DNA from: Takakia lepidozioides
Taxonomy: Eukaryota > Plantae > Bryophyta
Reading direction: 5' to 3'
NCBI GenBank assembly: GCA_030704615.1
Contig: CM060732.1
Span: 35,216,001-35,280,000 of the forward strand
DNA: 64,000 nucleotides
Below the pieces are notes generated by a model, which had not been told where the DNA came from, made no database searches, and worked only from the letters and a program-made list of their open reading frames with translations. Position 1 is the first letter of the stretch. Every line of letters begins with the position of its first letter. Below, in pieces: positions 1 through 13,225 of this stretch. A program made the translations under genes and the position numbers.

Positions 1-3000
1 TATGGAATTCCCAGAAGTTCAAGTTGTTGACATAGTTTTGTCTTTGGAGAAATTCGTGCCATGGTTCTGCATGTGCCACTGCATGCACGTAAATAGCATG
101 GCTAAAATTGTAGCCACCGTGGGTGGCTAAAACCGCATTAAGTGGGATGTCTATCCCAGTAGTGGGCAAACAGAAATGTGGTTGTCCTTTTGATTTATTG
201 GAATGAAAGGTTTTCAATATTATGGTAACAAAATTTTCACAACAAAACATCAATATTTTTCATCAAAAATAGCAACATTGTTTCGATGAAGAGTAGTTGT
301 TGTTCAATTGTTATTGTAAAAGCGTTGACTCTACAAGATTTGGGCATTGAACTCCAAAGGAGTTGAATCAATATTACTCAAGTATCATTTTAGTGTTGAC
401 TCAGCTGGGGGCATAGTTTGAGATGAGTCTACCAGAGCTTGATGATATGGTTAGCATCGAAGGATGGCTCCAAAGCACCATGATCGTTGTTCTTCATTGT
501 CAGCTTGAAAAGTGATACTTGCAAATTTAGGTGATGTAAATTCAAGTGTGTCTGTAAGTACCTCTATCTCCCTGATTATATTTTTGCACTGACAATAAGC
601 TCATTTAATGATGTCCAGATCTTTTGTAAATGCATCCATGACTACCGAGGCTTATGCACACTGTTGATTAACATTAGCAGTTAATTATGCATAAAGACCT
701 TGTAACATATCTAACAACCCCCCTATTTATGTGTTGGTGGTTAGCCTAAATGTATTGCCCTTTACATTCAAACTCAAAGTGGCCGATCTTGGTTGCCAGT
801 TCAGTGGTCCACCTCATAAACAACTCTTCCTGCTCCACATCCACCAAAAACTTGAAGGAAGAGAACTTATGGGGGAGGAAATATAAATTATGGTGTCACT
901 TCATCCCACCTGATTACTGACATTTTTCGTTGTCCGCGCCTGCAGCAGCCTCCAAAGCTGTCATCCTCCGTCAAATTTCACCACAACGGACTCCCCTCTA
1001 GCGCATGGCTTTTCCTCTTCTTTAGGGTACGAGTTTGGAGGATCCAAGTAGCATCCGTATGTGGTGGCGGTTCACTAATTACTAAATTAGGTAGGGCTGC
1101 AAACAAATCTCGCAGATGCAATCACCTTTGACCTTGATCCACCGTTGCACACAGGGCCTATGTGCAAACTGCCACATACTTTGGGTGAGATCGACATGTG
1201 GACCGTCTTCTTGGCAAAGTAATCAGTTACCCATTAGTTACTTGTAACCAACCAAAATGCCATTCATTTCGATCCGCCAACGAGGTAGTTAGCTGTAGCA
1301 AATACATAGCTTGGTTGTGACGTATGTAATATGATCATGATACATGTTGTACATATGATCATTACAAAGTTTAATAACACCTACAAAATCACACACACAC
1401 ATTATCAACCAATCTCCCTTCTATTTTTCAGTTTTATGTTTGATTTACTAACACCTTGGTCTGAGCATGACAAAAGGTTATCAAATATGTTCCTGATTGA
1501 AGTGATGAACCCAAGGCAATGGGAAGGCCAAAGCCATGAGATATCAGCCTCCTCTCCCGCCATGACCACGGTGTGGAGCAAGCAAGTCCTTCATAAGGTA
1601 AGATCTTCTCCAGCAAAAATATGTTGGCTAATTGGGCATGGAGAGCAAGGCATCCTTGAAGGTACCTGAGATAAGCATAGAACATCTATAGGGCTTATGA
1701 ATGCTGAAGTTTTGAGCTAGGCCTCGGTAAGACAGCTTGCTGGAGTAGACGTGTACACCTAATACATGATCCGATCAATGCACATTACTCTTGTTTGCCG
1801 GTCCCCCGTAGCCGATGCCTTATGTCATATTTAGATACCTTATGATAAGAATGGGTTCCATTTCTTTGGCTCAAATGTTTCTATGTTTCTCCTGGTTATG
1901 GCTTTGCTCTTTATAGCACCATAAAAAATACCCAATTATGATATGCTGCTGGTAGATGTCTCGTAGTTTAGATAACTTGATCAAAGAATGCACATACTCT
2001 AGCAAGAATATGACACATGACAAACGAAGTATCCACTCAACATCATAAGAAATTCCACATTGATTGCCATTGCTTTAGGCTTAATAGCTTTAGGCTTAAT
2101 AGGGTTGTCCAAAGCCAAGTTCTTTACTAATAAAGTCCGATATTCAGCCAATATGTACCCCAAACGCCCGAAAAATCAAATCAGCTAGAGGCAAGCCCAT
2201 GCTTAAGCGGCTGTCCGAATAGAAGTGGCAGCGGGCATTGGGCCCATATGGCCATTGCACCGCGTAAGCATATACCTTTGCGTAGACAACAACACGACGC
2301 CGCCAACGGTGACCTGTAGGCCACGGTCATGGATGTTGGGCGCACATGGCTATTGCATGCAACATCTAGCAAGCTGACTCAGCTCAACTAGTGTGGCTAT
2401 TTGCATTGGGCCCACATGGCTATTGCATGCCCCTTGAAAGTGGCTATAGCATGCGGGGCCCACATGGAATCCATGCCAAGGAATGCTAGGGAAGGTTCTA
2501 GAACGGAGGTGATTTTCGCAAGGTATAGCCCAAAGTGGGAGCTCAGGCAAGGACTAGAGGGTGCAGGAGGATCGAGGGTTCAAGTAGGGTGGGTGATTTC
2601 AAGGTGCGGGAGGAGGAGTGGGCCCAGGTCTACGTAGACTGCAGACAAGGAGATGGAAGGATTTTGGAAGACAGTGGTTTACTTGGGGGGAAGGGTTGCT
2701 TGGTGCTGTGCTGATCCGCACGACACGACTTGAGGGATGTACGGTAAATAAGTTACTACTGATCCACGGGTGAGGTCTGTAGTCCCCTTGCTTATTACAT
2801 GCGCTGTAAAGAGAGAGTTATCCGTTTAAGTCAAGGGGATCGAGGGTGAGTTAGTCCAGTTTAACCAAAAAACCGGCTGAAGTTAAAAAGAGCAGGCGAG
2901 TGAAATACAAGGGAGGAAAAAAAAGAAAGGCCACAAACTCAAAATGGCACAGAAATGAGCGTAAAACGCGTCCCTCGTCCGGTCGGACCCTGCTAGATTG

Positions 3001-3080
3001 TCTCTGGATTGTGGCCTGACCCGGCAAAACACGGAAAGTCCTTTTTGGGCTCCTCCAATTTGACAAAAAAAAGTTAAAGA
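1..3080. mobile_element. Degenerate transposon-like region (possible Ulp1-carrying DNA transposon remnant)
   Basis: No intact spliced gene. Minus-strand peptide scraps (ITRRNIETFEPKKW ~1860-1900; MFYAYLRYLQ ~1660-1685) resemble Ulp1 N-terminal motifs. Clustered short repeats at 2230-2470. Boundaries not determined. Confidence 0.3.
2238..2468 (+). repeat. Cluster of ~5 imperfect GGGCCCACATGGCTATTGCATGC motifs
   Basis: Copies or partial copies near 2240, 2338, 2393, 2408 and 2440-2468. Confidence 0.7.
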
Positions 3081-3696
3081 AAGAAAAAAAACTATTATTG
3101 TCCTCATTTAAACTACTCTGTATGTGTCCCTACCGAGTCAATTTGGAGCCTAGAAACCGAATAAATTCCAAGATTCTTTTTTTTACTTATTGGTGCCCAT
3201 GTTTTATTGCCAGAAAATCAGGGTGAGGTGATCGCGGGATCAAATCTGGTGGCATTGCTAATTGCAAAGAGAGAGAAGACTCTGGCCAAAGCCTGCATAA
3301 CTAAGAGCCATTTTGCCATACGGCTGCTGCCCCGAGAGTGGGCCCTCTCATAGAACAAGTGTCTGGAGTAACTGGGGGTAAAGTAAGTAGTAGATATAAA
3401 CGTCCAGTGAATTTACAGTAAGTAGTGCAGTAGGTTCCGTAGTAGGCCGTTGACTCAGCCGTGATTGAAGACGAGGGGCGGAGGTTAGTAATAAATGTGC
3501 CGCCATCGCTGCTGCGGAGTGCCAAGCGATAGTCTCAGAGAGTGGGGAGAAGGCGAGAGAGAGTGAGAGAGTGAGAGACGGAGTGCCAGAGAAGGGGGGA
3601 TTTGTGGATTTGTGTGTCTGAGACGAGGAAGGGATTGTTTGTTAGCATTGGAAGGCGGTTGCAAGCAGAAAAGAGGGTGCCAGAGGAAAGGCGGAG

Positions 3697-5124
3697 ATGG
3701 GGGTGGATAATCTGCTAGAGCAGGTGCAAGGGCAGCTTCCATTGCGCTATGAAAAACTGGTGCTGCCTTCGAACGGGAAGCGTACTGGGCTGGTGGTTGT
3801 GGATGAATTGAAGGGATTTTGCACCGTGGGAGGCGGGAATTTGGTCTGTATCATTCCCTCCCCACCCCCAATCTTTTTCTTCTCGGGATGTGGTTTCAAG
3901 AAAGAGTGTTTCTCCTGGGTTTTTGAGTTTCTCATCTGTTCTTTGAAGAATAGATGCGTGAATTTTCTTAAAGCAGACTTGACATGAACCGATTGTGGGC
4001 GCTTCCTGAGAACACTTGTGATGGTCGATAGCGTCTGGTAATCTATGGTAGTAAGAGTGGAAGCATTGAGATCACCTTATCTGCTTAATTGGGCGAGAGT
4101 TAGAAGATCACAGGATTAGACGTGGGTTTGTTGGCCGAGGCGAACATGAGTTTTCTTTTCTGCCTTAGTGTTCTCTTTTTGGTTCTTTGTTTATGTTTTT
4201 CAGTGACATGCTATGAAATCCTCACGAGGAAATTTCTCTTTGTCGTGCAGGCCCCACAGTCACCGAGTGCGCCGATAACGCGCATGGTCGAGGAGACTGT
4301 CAGAATGACCAAATATTTTAGTACACACAAGTGGCCAATGCTTGTTCTCCTTGATACTCACGAGGAAAATAAGCCGGAAGTTCCATTCCCACCTCACTGT
4401 ATCGTTGGATCTGGCGAAGAGGACCTTGTCCCTGGTTTGTGAGCTCCCTCCCACGTCCCGCTTCCTCTCTCTCGTGTGAGATTTTTGAGTTGTCACTGCT
4501 TATTTCGTTTCACTCTTATCTCTCTACTCTTCATCATTCTCCAGGAAGGCCTTTCTGGTTGGCAATCTGCAAGTGCGCCTTCAGAAATGAGATGCTTCCT
4601 CTGCTTTCAACCATTGTCCAACTTGTAACCTCAGTGGCACTGCCTGATGAATCTCATGTTTTTAACTATGCTGTACTGCAAGCTCTTAGAATAACATTCA
4701 ATCCCCTGCAATGTGGGGATGGGTTCCGGTAATTAGTGTGGTGAAATCCTACACACATATGGGGAAGTTTAGTATCACAGGCGGCCTATGTGCATATATA
4801 TTATCAGTGTTTAGTCAATGATTACATCTGCCTGCCTGCCTCTCTCTCTCTATCTCTCTCTCTATCGCGGATTAATTCTATATATGATGGTAAGTCACAC
4901 TACCAACGACAGCCCCTGACAGAGGTAGGTTCTGTCCCTTTTGGTCCCGCTCAAACTGGGCGCGGGGTCAATGGCCACAAGGCTACAGCAAACAACGTCT
5001 TATGAGTACAATCTATTGGCGTCAGTCCCTGATAAATGTAGTTTCTGTCTCTTTGTGCTCCGCTCAAATTGGGCGCGGAGTCAATGGCCACAAGGCTACA
5101 GCAAACAACGTCGTATGAGTACAT

Positions 5125-5170
<46 letters not shown>

Positions 5171-6346
5171 GCTTTGACTTTGTTTTCTTAACACTGTTTA
5201 TTATGTGGGTGCAGAATTGCAATGGTTAGAGCATGACGAAAATGCAGTCCTACTGAGAAAGAACTGCATAGATGGCTTTATTGGGGCAATTCAAAAAGAT
5301 GGGTCCAATGTTGTCATTGACTGGGTCCAAAATAATAACATCCAACAGGTTTCTCCTCACCTCCCTTCTCCAGTGGTTTCTGAGGTTCAAACAGTGGATG
5401 AGGAATGTGCATAACCACATGGGGCTTTTTCTTGGTCTTAAAATCTTAGTGAAAGGAGGGACAAGGACTTGTAAGCAATTTCTCTTAGCTCCAAGCAACC
5501 TATTCTGGTCTGGTTCTTTCCAATTGACCCCTTCCTTTGATCCCCTCTAGTTAAATGTCTGGGCCCATGGCCAGTAAGGTTAAGGGTGTCCAGCATGAAC
5601 CTCTTTGCATCACTCTGTGCAAGCTTAAGTCACTTCGACAATTTTCATTTTGTGCAGCCTCTGTGGCATCTCCCTTTTCCAGATTCTCTATCCTCTGCAC
5701 CCTATGAAGATGATCGGTTACTATTTGTGACCCCTACTACTGCAAAACTATTAACTTGAGCTGTACTAAACACTAAGGTGTTGTTTTGTGGTCATGGCAG
5801 ATTCTGGTGGTGGGGATTTGCACAGATATATGTGTTTTAGAGTTCGTGACATCAGTGCTGTCGGCAAAGAACCATGGTATTCTGGCTCCATTAGAGGAGG
5901 TCTTTGTCTACACTGATGGCTGTGCCACCTACGACTTGCCCTCACATGTTGCAAAGGACCTTCATGGCACCTTGGCACATCCCCAAGTGAGTGTGTTCGT
6001 GTCTCTTATAGCTGACGGTCACTGTCGAACTGGGCCATGTTACGGCTTATCTAGAGCCCGCGCAAAAGACGCCTAATCCAATTCAAGTCATGGGTGGCAG
6101 ATTAATTATGGCTTTTCCTGTATAGGCACTTCTAGTGATGTAATAGGCAAGGAGCTCTGCTTAGGATGAGGTTCTTGGAGTGCATAGTTATGGCTGCAAG
6201 TCTTACTAAACACACACTGGCCGTGGTGGGATTACTCATGGTACAGTTGTGTGGTGTGATTGCAGGATTTGATGCACCATATGGGTCTGTACTTTGCAAA
6301 GCTTAGAGGTGCGCGCCTCGTGGAGAAAATCACTCTCACCAGCTAG
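3697..6346 (+). CDS. NIC1: Nicotinamidase (isochorismatase-like cysteine hydrolase), 5 exons
   Basis: Exons 3697-3843, 4251-4434, 5215-5348, 5801-5986, 6266-6346, all GT-AG and in frame. Motifs GLVVVDELKGFCTVGGGNL, LDTH..KPE.PFPPHC, KNCIDGF, VVGICTDICV are typical of plant nicotinamidases. Confidence 0.93.
4868..5123 (+). mobile_element. Two tandem 5'-truncated 3' ends of a non-LTR retrotransposon (family A) in NIC intron 2
   Basis: Copies 4868-5010 and 5020-5123 match 16054-16198 and end in GAGTACA. They sit between (TC)n and (TC)n(AC)n microsatellites. Possible TSD tctatcg/tctattg. Confidence 0.85.
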
Positions 6347-7304
6347 CCAACATCCGAAGGATTCTTGTGCGAACCTCCATTCATAGATACAGTGTGGAAC
6401 TTTAGGTGCTGACCTCTGTGAGAAGTTATTTGGAATAGTGTTAATACAACCACTTGAGAACAGGTCCTCTGTGTTTTGATTGGCATGAAGTGCAACAGGG
6501 TTTGACTGTGCTTCATACATGCAATTGCTTCATACATGCAACATAGCTAGACATGTTTTGGAAGATGCTTCAGGACATGGCTAAGTTAAGGTAGTGTTCA
6601 CTGAGACCAGCAAGAACTGGAGTAATTTTCACCTAGAGGGAGGGAGATCATCTTCATCCGCCCAACGGATTCCACCACACATTCATCTAACAGATCCATC
6701 GATCCAACGGGAGCTCGACTCCTGAGCAACAGAATAACGTAGGACAGAGTCATGCATCCAGGTGGGCACGGCTGTAACACTCGAGCAGACGCTCAAGCGT
6801 CGTGGCTGCGAAGATGGAATGAAGCAGCAGCTGGCTGCGCTCTCTGTGCAGGGCTGAAATCTCGTTGTCTCTTTCTATCTCCCGCAGGGCCATACTCAAA
6901 CATTTGAATCTCTGTGGCCTTTCAGGGCTTCAGCCCATCCCTTTGGAGCTCTGCCCCACCCCCTTGCTTCCCCAAGCACCTCCCGAGTGCCTATCTCCAG
7001 GTAGTCCTACGAAATCCATGGCTCCTCTCTCTGGCTTGCTGTGTTGTGATCTGCTTCCAGATCCCATGAGCTCTCGAGTCCACATACAGGCTCTCCTGTC
7101 TGCCTTAGCCATAGTGGCATTTTTTCGCTGCTGCTTCCCGGGGATAGCGAACCCCGACAGTGTCAGGAAGCCATATATATCCTCTCCTTTTGAAAACTGA
7201 CCAAGATGTTTCTCTCTCCCACAATTGGATTTTAAATGATGGTTGCTTCAGGCTCTTCTGCTGTCTCTCTCGCTAGATAATCCATTGAGGAACTCTAGGA
7301 AGCA

Positions 7305-9603
7305 ATGGAACTGGTAGCTTTGCTTCAAGATCCCAAACGGGTGTTCTACGGACACGATACTGCACGTGTGTGCACCACATATCTTCCCAACAACAATAGC
7401 TATGGAGGTACCTGCTCTCTGGAGCAAAACCCATTGATGGATGAGCGGCTTTGGAGTCATTTGCCCGAGGATTTGATCGACCGTGTGTTAGCCTGGCTGC
7501 CCGCTGCGAGCTTCTTTCGCCTGCGCACAGTGTGTAAGAAGTGGAGCACCATTATGAACTCCACCAGCTTTCTGGAATTTTGTTCTGAGGTTAGTCCGAA
7601 GTCCTGGTTTATAATATCCAGGTTCAGAGTCACATATCTCTTTCTGCAAATGGCAACTCTCTCTCAGATTGCTACAGTCACACTGAGCCCAATTATAAAA
7701 CTGGTTGTGACCTCGACTTAACGTCAAAGGGAACTAGAAAACCTCACTCATGGATACATGCACAGGTTCCCTAAATCGCCTGGTTTATGGCTCTCGATAT
7801 AATCTTACAATCTTTCGCTCCTTCCAGGTGCTCTCCCAGTGGAGAGGCGGGGCATTCTCGTATCAAACAAGACTGGGTGACGCTGCCAGGACTTAGATCA
7901 GTGATACAACATCTATAGAACAGCTTGCTAGGATTGTTCAGTATACATTACAGATTCCAGAACTGAAATGTACAAAAAACTGCTGCAGAACTGCCAGTCA
8001 ATTAAATTTTACATGTACGCATATCTCAACTGATTGATTAGCTCTAGGATATCAACCTCTTTCACAAGCTTTGCTTATCTTGCCAATGTCACAGGTCCCA
8101 GCACAAGGGCCCTATTTCGTCAAAATCTCTAACTGCGAGTACAGTCGGACGCTCTCCAGCTACAATCCCAATTTGAATAAGTGGCACAACCTGCCCATAG
8201 GCTTTCTCCCCTCACAAGTGAGCTTTCCTGTTGCTGCGTCGGGCGGACTCCTCTGTTTCATCAATAAATTTCAAGGTTATGTTGATGAGCACTGCGTGCT
8301 TTTTGTGTGTAATCCACTCATCAAGACATGGCGCGAGTTACCTCCAATGCTTTGCAGGCAACGCCCCGTCTTGATCAGCATGGTTGTGGAGCGTAGTCCA
8401 TATGTCTACAAAGTGATTGTGGCAGGGCTACTGAATACGGAAGTCTATGACTCGGTCTCCTGTTCGTGGAAGAAGACAGGATGTCTTCCCCGGGGGGAAG
8501 AAGTTTCTCGCAATGTTGCCTTTAGTAAAGGAAGTCTCTACTGCCTCACACCTCGCTGGTACAACTGCGTGCTTTTGGCGTACAGTGTGCAGCAAGAGGT
8601 AGAAAACTTTGGGACCCATCCTGTTAATTCACTTAGCTAGAAATTGGATTGGGAATTCTGGTCTGAACATCCCCTGCGAAAGCATTGTCTGAACTCGACT
8701 GTTGTGAGGCACTTCTGAGCTCTAAGCTTCTCTTGGCATTTAGGAGTATGATAAAATCCCACAACCTATCCGCATCAATCTGTAAGAATGGCGGATCTCA
8801 GATGAAGCTTTCAACCCTTCTCAAGGATCCCAGAGATTGAATTTTGTTGCAAGTTGCTGAGAATGTAAACATCTATCAATTTGTAGGTTAACTGGAATAA
8901 GCTCAACGAAGTGAACTTAGTGTAGCCTACATATCGATGTGAAACTCACAAAGTACTCAAATGATCAACAAAGTTGCAAGTCCGTTCTCAAGAATGGACT
9001 CGCAAGCTCCAGAGGAAGGCTGTCACGAAATTGCAGTTGCCCCCATAAATTGCACATGTCAAGTTGCCTGAGTTCGTCAAAATTGAGTCTTATGTTTAGC
9101 CCTTGGCAATCCAAGGAATTTATCTTCGCTCTGTATACTCAGATTACCAACAAGTTTATGCACACAGTCAACTGGAAATCCTGAGGTCCATTGCGATAAT
9201 TTAAAACTTGCAAACCTGGTGGTAGGTGTGGAATAAAGTGAAGACAGGGCGGCTCCCAGGTTACTGCCAGTTCCGCAACCTGGTTCAGTGCAAGGGTCAC
9301 ATCGTGATTGTTGGAAAGTCAGTAAGGCACCAAATTCTGTCAGTCTGTATCTGGCTGCTGGAGCAGAAGACGATGAAGTGGCGTGAAGTGGGGCGCATGC
9401 CGCAGAGGATGTCGGACCATTTTCTGGGGAGGCCATCCGAGAGCTTCTATTGCACAGGTCATGGAGACCTTATCTTCTTGAATCGGGACAACTGCGATAT
9501 GGGGTTGCTCTTTGACTTGTTCCAGAAATCATGGCGATGGGTGCCTGGGTGCCCCAACTTAGATGGACTGGCTTTCGAACCCAGATTGGACGCTTTGGTT
9601 TGA
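7305..9603 (+). CDS. F-box protein with kelch/F-box-associated beta-propeller, 3 exons
   Basis: Exons 7305-7589, 8095-8598, 9226-9603. F-box LWSHLPEDLIDRVLAWLP..SFFRLRTVCKKW; VAASGGLLC, VCNPL.KTWRELPPM, WREVGRMP; C-terminal AFEPRL. Confidence 0.92.
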
Positions 9604-11781
9604 TCAAGAGGTCTGTACATATGCAGGAGCCCAATACTAACCTCTAAACTGCGGGCTTCGTCTTGACCTTATGGACAATTACTAGGGATGCTCACCTCTC
9701 TATGGCTTAAGTCTTCATGGCACCATATGGTGTCTCTGTCTGAAGGACTCTAACCATCGTGTTTACGTTTCACGCTTACTGAATGCTAGATGCAAAATGC
9801 ATCGACGTTGACGAGACAATTTGCAGCTCATGATCGTGGGACTCTTAACTCCAGTTATGGCCGGTTATAAGACCACTAAAAATCGTCATATGCAAGATGG
9901 CTCGGCTTACAATCTCAGTCTCGGGACAAATAGGCTCTTGGCGCGTCTGTACATCAATATTGCACGCAGTTACTCCTATCAAGCTTGCACTCTAATCTAG
10001 GCTGTTCTTGCATGTGCAACTTTCAAGAGTTACTTCACACACAAATTTGTCACGACCTAACTTGTTCTAACTTTGATTTCAGTTAGAACATCATGTCCTC
10101 CCTCAGATATAGGCAGCAACTCGACATGAGGAAAACAAGATCCAAACACCAAGTTTGCAACTTGCAACACGAAACAGGCAACGTTACAATTGATCAAGTC
10201 AAAATCAGGACAAATTTCTCAGATTGAACCTGTAGATCATCTTACAAAGCCTGTAGATTCTAACTCAAAGACTCTCCACAGTTAACTAATCAGTACCCAA
10301 GAAGTCCTAGATTACGAACTCTTTCATACTACGGTCCTGGGAGCTGAGGAGGAGAAGAAATATGCGTGCACGTCGAGCTTTTTGAAATTTAAACGTGCAT
10401 TTGTAGCCTGCCACTCGGTAGGGGTAAGTGCCATTTGCCGGAAGTAGATAAGACAGGAGCTCACTAAGTGAAATTACTTAACAATTGATATATAAGAGGC
10501 GACAGTGCAGTTGGCAGGGAGTACTAATTCATAGCTAGATCCCTCTGTCTGGACCTGATCATTCTCCCCTGTACACCTGATCTTTCCCTGTAGCTGTATG
10601 CTAAATGTAATTTGGGGCCGTGCCAAGGGAGATAAGCTGCAGGTCGGCATAATGTTCCAGCCAATCCCCTTTTCATCAGTTGTGTCTGCTGCTTATCATA
10701 ACATATAAAACTGAGGTTGGAAAGTACGTGTACTCGTAAATGAATCCCCAACGCAAGGATTCGTGAACGAGAATTGTGTAGGGACCTCTGTCGTTTGATC
10801 TGACCAGTCCCCTGTTTACTCTAACGCTGAGTGTGGAAATGGGCTGAAATGTGCGTCACAGGCGTAAGCGATTCTTCCATAATATACGGTTGTCCTAATC
10901 TCAGAACTAATATGATGCGCATGCATGGATCCCAAAATTTTCTGTCACGCACAGTTGATATCATGTACAAAGACGAATAAATTAGAGTTCAGAGTTTCCT
11001 CGACACGATTAGCCAACTTGTCCTCCTCGAAGCAAAAGTGCATTGAAACATAGACTGCTACACAAGCTCAACTTCTCATCTGTAAAATTTGACTTATTGA
11101 CAATGGATTGTCGTCCTCACGCCTCTAGAAAAGTTTACAGTGTCTAGTTGGCTATTTAAGATCAGAGTTCCCTCGTCCGCATTATACTTGTGCGCAGAGT
11201 CGTTTCAGTTCAAAAGCTTTCGACACTGAAGCTGTACACATGTTGATTTGCCTTCTTTGACAAACTCAACCTCAAATTTCTGTGGGAAGTTCGGGTCGCA
11301 CAAGCGGAGTGATGAACCTTTTCCACCCTCTGCTTCCCCGCCCAGTAAAATCTCTGCTCTGACAAGCAAGATCTTTTGATGTGTCCCGAATTTCCCTTCG
11401 CTTTCACACCGAATGATATTGCCTCCACTGCAGGTCTACATGTCGACAAAGTTAATCCAACCACATCGACTGCCAACAAGTAAAAACAACATCATCAGCA
11501 AAACGTGTTAGGCGCCCTCGAAAATTCGAAGTGCTCTTGAAGTGTTTTTGTCAAGATTCAATCACCAGTTTGTTCTCCATGGCCAGAACATTGCATCACT
11601 GGAACCACCATAAGCTTATAATCCAACCTCTCCCCGCTGTTTAATCTCCTGTTCCTGCCATGAGGGAAAGTCGCTGATCCGGAGCATCAATGTGTGTACA
11701 TCAAAGACTTAGAGAAGTGGAAGTGATAGATCTGGATCTAGCAACACAGAAGCGCCAGATATGTACCATCAGGGAAAGCTT

Positions 11782-12093
11782 TCACCGTTGCTCAGATGGG
11801 GGTTTAGCCGTTGCTGGATGCGACGACTCCAAGGCCTGGTTTCCTTTCCCAGAAGGCTGTAGGTGGGGTGCGTCACGAGAAATGTAGTACGTCCATGTGC
11901 CGAGCGCTACAACAACAACGGCAGCTGCAAGGTACACTGGATATCTGGCAACTCGGCCACCACTTTGTTGGTGTAAAACCCCCCCAGGGCTATGACCTGG
12001 AGGCCTCCTCGCCCCTTCAAGTCCGAGGGTCTTGAGCTCCTCCGGACTCATCTTAGTGGTATCTACATTTTTCTTCCAGCTATGATCCGACAT
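11782..12093 (-). CDS. Small single-pass membrane protein (103 aa), uncharacterised plant family
   Basis: Intact ATG-initiated ORF. N-terminal VDTTKMSPEEL...RPPGHSPGGVLHQ motif resembles conserved uncharacterised plant proteins (recalled). It is followed by one hydrophobic segment, VYLAAAVVVVALGTWTYY. Confidence 0.7.
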   Translation of the reverse strand: MSDHSWKKNVDTTKMSPEELKTLGLEGARRPPGHSPGGVLHQQSGGRVARYPVYLAAAVVVVALGTWTYYISRDAPHLQPSGKGNQALESSHPATAKPPSEQR

Positions 12094-12418
12094 TTTGTCA
12101 ACCCTTGGGTGTAACTGTAGTCGCTTTAGTTTGCAGTGACTGCCGCCACAATCTCCCGCAGATGCGAATTACCCTCGAAGAAATTACGGTACACCAACTT
12201 CCTTTCCCTGACTGACTCACTGAGCTATGCTCGGTCGATTGTAGCATCTACACTTTCTGCGTTTGATCCTCTCAATTTTAAATCTCTTTCTCTCTCGAGC
12301 AAGGATTGTCTGTCTGTTCTAGAATGATCGCATCGCGTCACGACTATGTACAGTAATAAGTAAGTCCCACCCACCATTCTGGACACATGTCACATTCCGA
12401 ATGTCGTGAACGAGATGT

Positions 12419-12763
12419 TTACCATTTGGCATGCGTCAGATACTTGTAACCGCCACCTTGCACTGCTCGCTTGCAATCGCGTGTCTCCCATGCAACCATC
12501 CTCCTTTTCACTGTCACCACGCGTTCCACTTCCGTGATTAAACTCTGGGTTGTTACATCTTCGCGAAATGCAGAAGGATCGATGTCGCTGGATGCTCTGT
12601 GTGCACCAACAAGTCCGAATTTGGGGTTGGATCTGCCTTTGCACTGTCGGTAATCGACAGAGCTGAAAGGAGAATATCCCTGTTTCATGGTATATCCTTC
12701 ATACTGGTGCATAAGTGTCCAGCTGTGCGGAAGAATATTATGCTCTGGCACTAGGCCTACCAT
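12419..12763 (-). CDS. Hypothetical protein (~114 aa from the ATG of MVGLVPEH; the frame stays open to 13006)
   Basis: Long open frame with globular-looking composition; no family recognised. Confidence 0.35.
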   Translation of the reverse strand: MVGLVPEHNILPHSWTLMHQYEGYTMKQGYSPFSSVDYRQCKGRSNPKFGLVGAHRASSDIDPSAFREDVTTQSLITEVERVVTVKRRMVAWETRDCKRAVQGGGYKYLTHAKW

Positions 12764-13225
12764 GTTTGCTTTGACTCCTTGTTTCTCGAAACACCTGCAA
12801 GGAGATCTGACTTGTCGAGCCCAATAAGTTCCACACGTCGCCAAGAATGTGGCTGGATTCTCCGAGTGTCTGGGAAGGAGCCTGGAGGTGGCGGCTTTGA
12901 TATCACAATTCCGCAGAAGAGTCCGCTTTGTGTTCAATGGAAGCATACTCTTCAACGCTTTCTTCCGAAGGAAACGTGGGCACTTCGAGGACACACTTGG
13001 ACCCACAAGCCTACCACAAGTAGGGATTCTGTGTAAATGGGCCCAACAGGTCTACTAATCACGGTGCTCGACATTGTGGACCAAGGTCTAAGCAGGTGCT
13101 CCTTGAAATCTCAAACTACTGGGTTCGCAGTTTAAACTGTTTCGCCGATTCTTTCCAAGTCAAAAGCTCAAAGATTGGTTTTACAAAAATTTCGACTACG
13201 TTGATTTTCACACGCATCCTTCCTG

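Noticed and set aside
9378-9404. miR394 target site (LCR-type F-box) at WREVGRMP
   Set aside because: The codons (cgtgaagtggggcgcatgccg) do not match the GGAGGTTGACAGAATGCCAA site, so the gene was not called LCR.
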